From Octopus sinensis (lineage: Eukaryota): a stretch of DNA of 64,000 bases. The notes below the pieces were generated by a model. The model saw nothing but the letters and a program-made list of their open reading frames with translations. It did not search any database and was not told the origin of the DNA. This document shows positions 53,566 to 64,000 of this stretch, in pieces (position 1 is the stretch's first letter; each line of letters starts with the position of its first letter). Both the position numbers and the translations under genes were made by a program. Where the stretch lies: assembly GCF_006345805.1 (NCBI RefSeq), contig NC_043009.1, positions 39,184,001 to 39,248,000 of the forward strand, in the 5' to 3' direction.

Positions 53566-54576
53566 TTTACTCGTATTCTTGTTCTTTATTTTCTTATCAC
53601 TTGGTGTATTCGTTTAAAAACAATGGGAATATGAGCCAAATTTTTAGAAAGTTAATTCTTTCTTATATTATCATTTATCTTTTGATTTTGTTGAATTTAC
53701 TTTATTTTATTGTATTCTGTTTTCTAAATTTGCGCATATCATCTGCCACCCCTACGTTAACGTGCTCCATATATTGTTATTCTAGAACTTGTAAAGATTG
53801 AAAACGGTCTGATACATATATATATAATGAAACCATTTGTTATTTATAGCCGAGTCTATTAATTTAACAAGCGATGAAATATTCTGAAATATATTTTGTT
53901 TGTTATGCTACAACACAATTTTATCTACGGGCGCGTACATACATACATACATACATACATACATACATACATACATACATACATACATACATACAAGTGT
54001 GTATGTGTGTGCGCTCGCGTGCCTGTGTATGTGTGTGTTCGTATGTATATTCATTTACATATATCTCACGAATGATGTAGAGTCCTTTTGTAACTAACAC
54101 AGATTACAAAACCCCTGTTAACCAATGGTATAGTCATCTACTCACTCTTTTCACTTCTTTAATTAGTTCAATATGGGCACAAGTTACGCGAATGTTTAAC
54201 AAATTAGCTTCGCAAACATGTCTAAGGTTCAGTGCTGCAGTTTTGCATCCCCGGCAGCAGCCAGTTTCTATAGCCTCAACTTCACTCATTCTTTGCGAGG
54301 GCACTTACGTAGACGGAAACTGTACAGAATCCTGTCAGATGGGTTTTACGCGAAATATAAAGGTAGAGATATGTTACAGATTTGCACATGATAATGATGC
54401 TAAACAAATTACTCCGGAATGCTCAGACAATTTCAAGCTAACTTAATAAGCAAGTATGTAAGTTGGATATCTATGCACTCCGTATATAGATGTATGTGTG
54501 TATGTATATATACATATATACAGAATGAGAGAGAGAGGGAGGGAGAGACACATATAATATATAAATATATACACAT

Positions 54577-54577
54577 G

Positions 54578-54672
<95 letters not shown>
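54577..54672. repeat. (TATC)n microsatellite
   Basis: Directly visible. Confidence 0.95.
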
Positions 54673-54810
54673 ATGTATGTATGTGTGTGTGTAGACTCAC
54701 ACATGCATATATTATGCATTTATCTATCAATATGTATGCACGGACGTATATATGTGCATATATATATGTATATGTATGTATATATATATATATATACAGA
54801 TATATATATC

Positions 54811-54854
<44 letters not shown>

Positions 54855-55280
54855 CACGTAGGTTTAACTTTAGTGAAAGACTGTACATAAATGTATAAGT
54901 GCGAATGTGAAATGCCTTCGAGTGTTGCTGTAATATGATGGACATGATCTTTACAAATACTTTTGTTTTGTAGCTGAACGTCATGAGTTTCGTGACGAAA
55001 GCTCTCTTTTCGGTTGAACACAAAATACATTGTATAGGATGTTTGTCATTGACGACTGGATTAACAAATTACGTGGGATTTATAATAAGAACATAACATT
55101 ATGTCATCACAAAATATATGAAATGTTATTTCATAAGGATTTCATAAATAATTCAGTTAGATGGCGCATAAGCGTTCGATCTTATGGAATGATATTTTGG
55201 CGTACAGTACCTTACCTTTCATGACAGTGAAATCTTTAAGCATTTTAGAATGCGTACCCCTAATAAATCTACAGCTTTGT

Positions 55281-55435
55281 CGGCTGTGTGGTAAGTATCT
55301 TGCTTACCAACCACATGGCTTCGAGTTCAGTCACACTGCGTGGCACCCTGGGCAAGTGTCTTCTACTATAGCCTAGGACCAACCAAAGCCTTGTGAGTGG
55401 ATTTGGTAGACGGAAACTGAAAGAAACTCGTCGTA

Positions 55436-55473
<38 letters not shown>

Positions 55474-55678
55474 TGTATATGTTTGTGTGCCTGTGTTCGT
55501 CCCCCCAGAATTGCTTGACAACCAATGCTGGTGTGTTAACGTTCCCGGTTCGGCAAAAGACATCGATAGAATAAGTACTAGGCTTACAAAGAATAAGTCA
55601 TGGGGCGATTTGGTCGACTAAAGGCGGTGCTCCAGCATGGCCGCAGTCAAATCAGAGTCAAATCAGAGAGTAAAAGAG
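55281..55678 (+). mobile_element. tRNA-derived SINE, family A
   Basis: Same head, internal (TA)n and tail as 12734-13155. Confidence 0.88.
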
Positions 55679-56631
55679 CTTTTGAATGTAGAGCGTGCAG
55701 TATTGCAGTTTCTACGAGAGTGGATTTCTCAGATTGTATACCACTAGCCATCAACCGTTGAATATAAAGCGTGGCAGACGGTACTTTCCATGACAATGGG
55801 TGATTTTGTCTGAATCTATACGAATGGTACTGAAAGTTCTTGATTTTGAGTAAAACAAAAAAAAAAAAAACAGAATGTTAATTAGTTATGATTTTATTAA
55901 ACATATTCCCCTCTGTTATATCGCAATACTACACAGTGTCTGTGTGAGCTACGAAATCTTCGTCGCTACTGTTATATCGCACGTTCGGATGACCTCTTCT
56001 CAACTCCTCGACGTCTAGACTTCTCCCTCTATATCTACGTATTGTGCTAGCCTACTTCATCGTCTGGGAGTATCCGCACAACACCCTCTCAGATTTGCAC
56101 ACTTATTGCGCCGCTCCTCTAGTTTTTCTAAGCCCTGTAAAAGAACTCGGAAGGTTGAGCCTCCAGCCAGCCCTTTCGCTACACTCTTAAAGTCAGGAAT
56201 TTTTCTGCACCTTTCGTACCAGTAATAAGATGCAATTATTAAATGGACTACGGTTTGCTCTCACTAGAATTCTCCTTATGCACAGTGAGAATATATAAAT
56301 GAAGTAGATAATTGCAAAATATTTACCAGTAAAACAGATTATTCTTTTGTTTATATATTTGAAAGTAATTGATTGTAATAACGCAGGAATAATGGGTTAG
56401 ATATTGTATTTTAATAGAAGTCAATAACAAAAATCCCAGGTGTGGTGCGCTGGCAATGAGGTATATAATTTTTTTTAAAAATATTTTTTCATTTTAATTT
56501 TTTTATTTTTTGCTTTTACTATCATTTCAATAAGATGCGCGCCAGTAGTGTTTTTACTTGATCTCCACTGCGCCATGAAGTCAAAAATGATTGAGAGTCG
56601 CTGATTAAAATTCATAGAAAAATATATTGAC

Positions 56632-57047
56632 TTGATGATGATGATGATGATGACTATGATGGTGATGATGATGATGATGATGTTGATGGTGATGATGATG
56701 ATGATGGTGATGAATGATGATGATGGTGGTGATGATGATGATGATGGTGATGAATGATGATTGATGATGATTAAAAAATAAAATAAAGTAAACTAATAAA
56801 ATTATTGATCGAAATACAGAGGAAATTTGCAATTTAAATAAGTTCACGTTAGGGCCTTGCCCCAGCTGCTTTACTACTGCTACTGCTACTGCTCTTTATA
56901 CTACTATAACGGTAAAATACGAACACACTCACCACTACATCCACAACTGCTTCAGCTACTACGACTACTCTTGTAACTACTATCACAACTCCTACCCCTT
57001 TCTGCTCCTCCTCCTCCTCCTACTTCTGCTGTTACTACTACTACTAC

Positions 57048-57080
<33 letters not shown>

Positions 57081-57112
57081 AACTACTACTACTACTACTA
57101 ATAATAATAATA

Positions 57113-57144
<32 letters not shown>

Positions 57145-57185
57145 TAATAATAATAATAATAATAATAATAATTGTAATAATAATA
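56632..57185. repeat. (GAT)n, (CTA)n and (AAT)n microsatellites
   Basis: Directly visible. Confidence 0.9.
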
Positions 57186-57199
57186 CATTTTTACTAGTC

Positions 57200-57565
57200 A
57201 CAAGAGCATAGATAGCGGGGACACCACACGGACAAGCAACAATTGAAGTGGCAATTTATATGAAAGATGGGGAGAGAAAAAATCGAAAACACTCTGTAAT
57301 ACGGTAAAAGTATACAAAGTATGTGATAACATGAATGATGCAGTCACCCTGTTACAGGAGAATCCCGAGTTAGGGCCACTCATGAAACCCCACAGATCCA
57401 GGGTTCCCTGACCACTGTAGGTGTAAGCCCTCTCTCCTGGTCCCCAATTTACAGGCGCATACTTTAAGGCCATTCACTCTAAGCGTTATTATCTCAATCA
57501 AACATCTCTTCACAAATTCACTGGGAGGCAGCACTTTCCTCTCAATTAATACATTCCTTTCCAAG
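57200..57565 (-). mobile_element. Possible Tx1-like LINE 3' end (ORF2 C-terminus plus UTR)
   Basis: ERNVLIERKVLPPSEFVKRCL...LRVNG resembles the Tx1-type terminal motif (IERxxLxxxxFxxRW). Confidence 0.4.
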
Positions 57566-59577
57566 TGGATGAAAACATGATAATAATTTCGTTTACGTTA
57601 GTTTACCGAGTGGCCAATTCGTTAGTGTGATATAGATTTCGAAGGCAAAAATATTTACGTTAAAAATCTGCAAATTTAACATTAGGTTTATGGATGATGT
57701 TTTTGAACCAAACGATAGCTGTGTTTTATTTCCTTCACTTATGAAGCCTACACTCTTCTTCCTTATGATGATGTTGATTTGTTTTGCAGGACATTCTTGT
57801 TTATCTGTTGCACTTGGTAGATTGCAACGTATCTCAGAGATTCCTTCTAAATGAGGAACACATAGTCATGTGTAAGCAAACTTTAATTTGCCGTCGAAAA
57901 TTATTCTTGCAGACGAAATTTCACTCCTAATAAAAATAAATAATTAGCATTAATAACAATTATTGCCAAGAAGGCAAGCTCAGTATTCGATAGTTGCATT
58001 CGGAGGGTGGGTTACCCGAGGCCAATACTTAGTCTATAGAGTGACGAATAAGGACGTGATTCGGATCTATTAGAGCTCCTCAATGAGACGAAATGTAATA
58101 CATTCTCTTACGAAGTACATCTATATTAAGTGATTAAGTAATTTAAAATAACCAGAGCAGAAATTTTGGTGCGGAAAATCCGCATTAAGAATATAAGGAC
58201 AAATGCGAATGAATACGATTTATGTAATGAGCTAAAGAATATACATAAATATGCAAAAACAGGCACACAAACATAGGTTTACAGACAACTTTCTATGTGT
58301 GTATATATATGGGTATATATACACAATATACAATAATGCAGGCAAAATGGAGAGTTCAAATTGGCATATGTTAATTTATTAACATATATTATATTATTAT
58401 TACAATAATATAAATTTTTTAAAAATAAATATAAATACAATCCCTACAATTATTTCGATTCAAACCCCAAAACCAACAACATTTTCATATTATGGAAATA
58501 TTTTGGGGTAAGAATCTCATCAGGGTAACGGATCAAAATCACATATGAGAAGTTTAAAATCGCAAAACAGACTGAATCAGTATATGTTTATGGTGTGTCT
58601 ATGGGTGAATTCAGTCGTTTCAATAACTAGATCCTTCAAATAATACTTCTTTGGTGGTACTGGAATGTCCTTCAATGATAGGTCAATTTGTAACTTTTCC
58701 ATTTTACCAGAGAAAAATATTATTAATATTACTACTCAAATAATGATTAAAAATTAAGTTTATTCAATATTTTGGTCGGGTTCAGAATGGAATTAATTTT
58801 AGGGGATTGTATCTATATATATTTTTTAATTTCATCTTAATATACATATATATACATATATACATATATATATATTTGAGTATATATATACACATTTATA
58901 TGTATTTATATATATGTGTGTGTGCATGTGTGTGTGTATGTATGTATGTGTGTTTGTGTGTGTGTGCGTTTGCTCTAGTTGCTCTTGGGAACTCAGCTGG
59001 ACAAAATAGAAGATATTCAACTGCATATCTTCCGACGATTTACACTCTAAGTTCAAATCCCACCGAGGTAAACTCTGTTTTTCATCTCCCCAGACTATAG
59101 GAAATAAATTACGTGTCGAGTACTGGGCCCGATGCAATCGAATTATATTTCCCCTCAAATTTGCTGCTTTGGAAGCTTGTAACGGACCAGCTTACAATTC
59201 ATTGGAATGATGGTGTTCTCGATGATAACTTATATGGCATGGAAACTTGATAACCATACGCACGAATCCTAGGCCTCGAAGAAAGAGACTCCCCCCACCA
59301 GTGACTGCCTATTTATATGCACACAAGCACACAGTTTAGTGAATATTATTTTGAGGACTATTGTAGTATTTTGAGAATATCTTAATATTTTATATTTTAA
59401 ACATAAAATGCAAGGATATAAATAAACTTCTATACTGTCAATTTGGCGCCGTTTCAATTTATGTATGATGTTTTTAAATGGTAGGCATTTTTTTTTCCAT
59501 CAAACTTTTAAAATGATTGTGTTTGATTGATAAACACACACACATAATTCATATATGTATATATTTATTTATATGCG

Positions 59578-59618
<41 letters not shown>

Positions 59619-59642
59619 CTAATATATTCTTAATGCGTTTAC

Positions 59643-59675
<33 letters not shown>

Positions 59676-60679
59676 CATTCTGAATATTTATTTTAATAGT
59701 TTTACAGGTTTGTTAGTATATCAATAAACTTCGAAATATTTTGTATATTTGTTTATCGTTTATTGCTTCACGTTTGTTTATTTAGCTTTTCGAATTCATG
59801 TAAGTTCGTTTAGCACTTAAAGAAATTAGCCAGGAAACAATTCGCTCATGCTGAAATATTATGTTGGCATGATTAATGGCTTGGGTCTATGTTTTGGGAG
59901 ACGAATGATTCGTGTAATTTCATCAAAAGTGAATTAAATTTGTCTCAAAAAATGTTTAAAATTATTACATTGTGATATATTTTGTAATGTTACATCGATA
60001 ACTCTAATTAATTTAAGACATTTTTCTTGTCGATTTTAATTTATTTATGCTTTTTGGGGGATGCAGGCAGTGAGGGTTTTATTCATTTGCTAACGAATTT
60101 GTTGAAAACAAACATTTTATTGTCATTCCTGAAATTGTATGTTTGTGCTTGTTGCTTGCTATTTCATGTAGAACTCGTTATATTTTTATATCACTGACAT
60201 TGCTTTATATGAATGAATAGATTGGTTCCGTTAATACGGGAAAGGAAATCAAAGTACCGTAACTGAATAATTGTTTCCATAATTTAAACGCGCACTAATG
60301 TATTTTCACTAGCATGCTATTACTTAAAATACACTGTGTTGAGTAATTATATGCCTACCCATGTGCATCCGGGTATTTTTGTAGTTTTGTATTTAACTCG
60401 AATATTTATTTTTGTAATCGTATTAAGTGACTGGTCCTACACTGCTGTGTAATATTATATTGTTGTTCTAAAACTGGATATGCTTTAAAAAAAAAACAGC
60501 AAAAAAAAACAAGTAAACAATACATTGTGTTGGATTGCATACAACTGCACGTACATGTGACTGAATATGTGAACTCGTCTATACGATTGCGTGTGTTAAA
60601 GCACATAGTGTATGTAGGTTTATGTCAGAGTTCATGAAGATACATGCACATGCGTATATGCATATATTGATACATGTCT

Positions 60680-60680
60680 C

Positions 60681-60754
<74 letters not shown>
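60680..60754. repeat. (GATA)n microsatellite
   Basis: Directly visible. Confidence 0.95.
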
Positions 60755-60755
<1 letters not shown>

Positions 60756-60871
60756 TGCATTTGTGCACTAATTATGAAATCATGTGATATGCAGCTGAAT
60801 TTTGTTTTTGAGAGGCTCACTTCGAGAGTTGCATTCCCTCGCATTCGGTACTATGTGTTTATTTACTTTGC

Positions 60872-60942
60872 TAGTTTTGACTTTAAGAGTTCCTCCTACC
60901 GTGTGGCATTTATGTATAGTAATACCCTCAATATAAATAAAA
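60872..60942 (+). mobile_element. Right-arm-only fragment of the long-hairpin family
   Basis: tagttttgactttaagagttcctcctaccgtgtggcatttatgtatagtaataccctcaatataaataaa matches 38315-38384. Confidence 0.75.
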
Positions 60943-61080
60943 AATAATAGATAGATACGTAGTTAGATAGACACACACGCACGCATATATAATTATACAT
61001 ATTATTTTGATGAAATTAGTATTCTACTTCGCCTGCGGGTGTTCAGTATCTTCAGTCCAGTTATGATGTAAGTTAGTGAA

Positions 61081-61391
61081 GGCGGGTGGCTTAGTGGTTA
61101 GGGTATTCGACTCACGATTGTAAGGTCGTGTTTTCGATTTCCGACATTGCTGTCTGTCCTTGAACAAGACATTTTATTTCAGGTTGCAGGTAAAAATGAG
61201 TAGTACGCGTATTTCAAAAGGTCAGTCTTGTCACATTCTGCGTCACACAAGATCTCCCTGACAACTATGAAAAAACTTCTCAGGTAGAACTCTGTAGAGC
61301 GCTCAGATACTTGCACGTTAGTTTCACAAGCAGTCTATTCTGTTAATCGGATCAGCTAGAACACTGATCATTGTAACGGACGAAGTGCCAG
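61081..61391 (+). mobile_element. tRNA-derived SINE (family C-like head, different body)
   Basis: gtggcttagtggttagggt...ttcgatttcc...ccttgaacaagacatttt...aaaatgagt. Confidence 0.6.
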
Positions 61392-61539
61392 TATGACGCA
61401 CGTTATATTATAGCATGCCTGATGCCACTCTCCACAAACAGGCGAAAGAATGGCTCGAATAAAATAAAATGTATTATAAATCTGTACCTCGGTATTAAGA
61501 ACTCATTTTTCCGACTGCCAACACTATATAAAGTAAAGA

Positions 61540-61862
61540 TTCCCTTCGATCACGATTGATCATAGTATTGCACCCAGAAAGTTCCCTCCAAGGCACTACT
61601 CCAGGCAAGGTCGTTTGTGGAAGACTAGCAGTCACTCATGCACACCAGTTTCCCCTCTGCACACCACCGATGTTGTCCAAGGGAAAAGCAAAGGACGATA
61701 AAACTTGGCGCCAGTGATGTCGCAACTCATTCCTACAGTTGAGTGAACTGGAGCAACAGGAAATAAAGTGTCTTGCTCAAGCACACAACACAACTTCGTC
61801 CAAGATTGGAATTCATAACCACACGATTGTAAGCCCGACACTCTAACCATTGAGTCCTGCGC
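61540..61862 (-). mobile_element. tRNA-derived SINE, family C
   Basis: Collinear with 50428-50748. Confidence 0.8.
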
Positions 61863-62608
61863 AACATCATGTGTGTATGCGTTTGTGTGTGTAAATGTGT
61901 TATTACGTATATATGTGTATGTGTGCGTGCATAATTTTTAGAAAGGTTATCTAACCACGTATTGGTGAAATTAAATGTAGCACATTAAACGTTTATCCTT
62001 CATGGTTTTGTAGCAAGTTGTCCGAAATTTTTGATTAAAATTATTTCTTAGTTGTTAGTACATAGCATTGGTTCTCAAAACAATTTAGTAGAAAATTTTA
62101 TTTCTACGTAAAATGGTATCATGTTCTGTATCATGCTCTTCAGTATTATCTCAAGTTGCATGCATGCTTATTTTCAGAACGAAAAGGAGAAAGAAAACAT
62201 GCAAAATGAATATCCAATGACAGAACAAAAGCTCTTTGGTTGGATCACATCATATTAAGTGAATCGGCAGTATCAAATAACGAGATTTAACATCCAGATA
62301 ACATCTTATCAAAGAACCAGATTTAAGAAATCCAAATGCTTTAATACGCTCTTCACCCGCCCTCTCTTTGAAGCTCTTAATAGTTACGGAACTAAAAAGG
62401 TTTACAATATTTGATTGGCATGTCGTCTTAACGTATGATGTACTCGCTTTATGATGTGGTTAATTTAAAATACTGAAATATATATGTGTTCGATTAAAAA
62501 TAAATTGTGCTTACATCATCAACAGTCTAGGACCTGAACATGGCATTCATCTGCCAGTGAAGTAACATGATAGACACCATGTCCATTGTGATCAGAGTAT
62601 ATTTCATT

Positions 62609-62750
62609 TGGCTTCTTTTAGCTTCCGTCTACCAAATCCATTCACGGGGCTATAGTAGAAGACACTTGCTCAAAGTGCCACTCAGTGGGACTGAACTCGG
62701 AATCATCTGGTTGGGAAACAAGATCCTTACCACACAACCACACCTGCACC
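62609..62750 (-). mobile_element. SINE family A 5' portion
   Basis: ccgtctaccaaatcca...gctatagtagaagacacttg...cagtgggactgaac...ccacacaacca. Confidence 0.75.
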
Positions 62751-63392
62751 TATCTACATCTGTATGTATACACACACACACAAACACAAACACTGTGTTG
62801 CTATTATGTTAAACTGTCGTACGTCCAAATTTGGCCAATAATGAGAAAATGGAGAAAACTTTTGATCAACAATCAAACAAATTGAACCACATCTGTTGAT
62901 TATTTTCTAATACAAAATCATGACATAACATTTCTGCGGCCAGAAGGCTCAATATATTAATATCATACCATCTCGCCTCTTCTCGAGGCCCTGTTCTTTC
63001 TTATTCCCTCTTCCCTTCGTTCATTTTATCTTATACACGACTCCTAGTTCGACGAGTCGTGTTCTGTCCTTACCTTCGAAACACGCATGGAGTCGAACTA
63101 GGGACAGCTGATGGAGGGGTATTTTCCTTGTATTGTTTGTCTGGCACTCTGTTTTTTCGTTGTTAAAAAAAAGTCCGTTTCCATGTTTGTTTTTACGTTT
63201 TCGTTTCTCGTTGAGTTCCACGTCTATTTGTGGTGTCCTGTACTCACATATATATATTTATATGCATGTATGTATACATGTAGATGTAGGTACATACATA
63301 TATGTATGTATGTATGCATATATTTTATTTATTAATTTGTTGCATGACTGAACGCCTTCGCGTCGTTTCGTTTCTTTTCTGTTCTCCAAGTA

Positions 63393-63429
<37 letters not shown>

Positions 63430-63613
63430 TGAACCGCAAAAGAAACGAGACTTTGTCAAATGTCATTTTTATATGGTAAATTCTGAAAATTTATTTCAAG
63501 GATGCAAGTGTAAATTTTCCAGCGTGAGTGTTGTCGTTGTTTCCCCTTGCTTAAGGTGGGGAAGCGTGTGATTGAAAAATGAACTGTGACGAAAAAAATT
63601 GAGAAGACATTTG

Positions 63614-63870
63614 TCACCGTGCAGGTGCGTTTTCCTCAGAGGAGAAGGCCAGGCAACAATCCGTGGCCTGAGTATCAGTAGATAAAATGATCTTCCTACC
63701 TTTTACCTTGGAAGACGTGCCTACAGAATGAGGGTGGAGGAGATACCACCAGAGGTGGATGTTTAGAAAGTGACAGTCCTCCTGGCCGTGAGAGTACTGG
63801 CGAGAAACTAGATAGGGCAAGGCTTGGAAATAGTGATCCAGGTTGCCCCAGATACCTTGGGTAGACTACA
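63614..63870 (+). pseudogene. Second L1/Tx1-type ORF1 remnant
   Basis: FSSEEKARQQS...FLP/YLGRRAYRMRVEEIPPEVD...GQGLEIVIQV aligns with LPTYCGKCVTRVRVVRVPPEIN...GYGLEMVIQV of 35641-36762. Confidence 0.6.
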
Positions 63871-64000
63871 AAAGAAGTATCAGGCCGATTTTGAAAGAAA
63901 ATCTATGGCAATTGTTAAACAAGTGGATACAACTCGGATGAATTTGAGTGAAATTGTAAATGTAAGACTTGTACAAAAGAGGAATATAAAAACTGTTGTT

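Noticed and set aside
54971-55010. HHR-like CTGAAC-GTCATGA/TCGTGAC-GAAA
   Set aside because: Good stem II but the core lacks G8-A9 and stem I does not form.

Overview
AT-rich, microsatellite-dense animal DNA with no intact host gene. The recurring tRNA-derived SINE families and (TA)/(CA)/(AAT)/(GAT) tracts resemble octopus/cephalopod DNA (inference, not a database result). Almost all listed ORFs are microsatellite artefacts or decayed transposon coding sequence: Penelope-like GIY-YIG, DD37D/maT and mariner transposases, L1/Tx1-type ORF1, RTE and R4/Dong tails. The main feature is a ~10.5 kb array (19597-30126) of about 26.6 near-identical ~397-bp units set in a (TA)n tract. Each unit carries a type I hammerhead ribozyme (HHR) motif on the + strand (TCTCA-CTGAAGA-[stem II]-GAAAC-TGCA-GTC^TGAGA), the layout of a non-LTR retrozyme / circular-RNA-producing retroelement. 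Five more HHR-like motifs of unrelated sequence, two of them degenerate, occur singly elsewhere, including a U3-A8 compensatory core variant. Three HHR families share a possible Watson-Crick pairing between the stem I 5' side and stem II. A family of long hairpin elements lies next to both the array and a Penelope-like fragment. All structures were folded by eye; ribozyme activity is untested.
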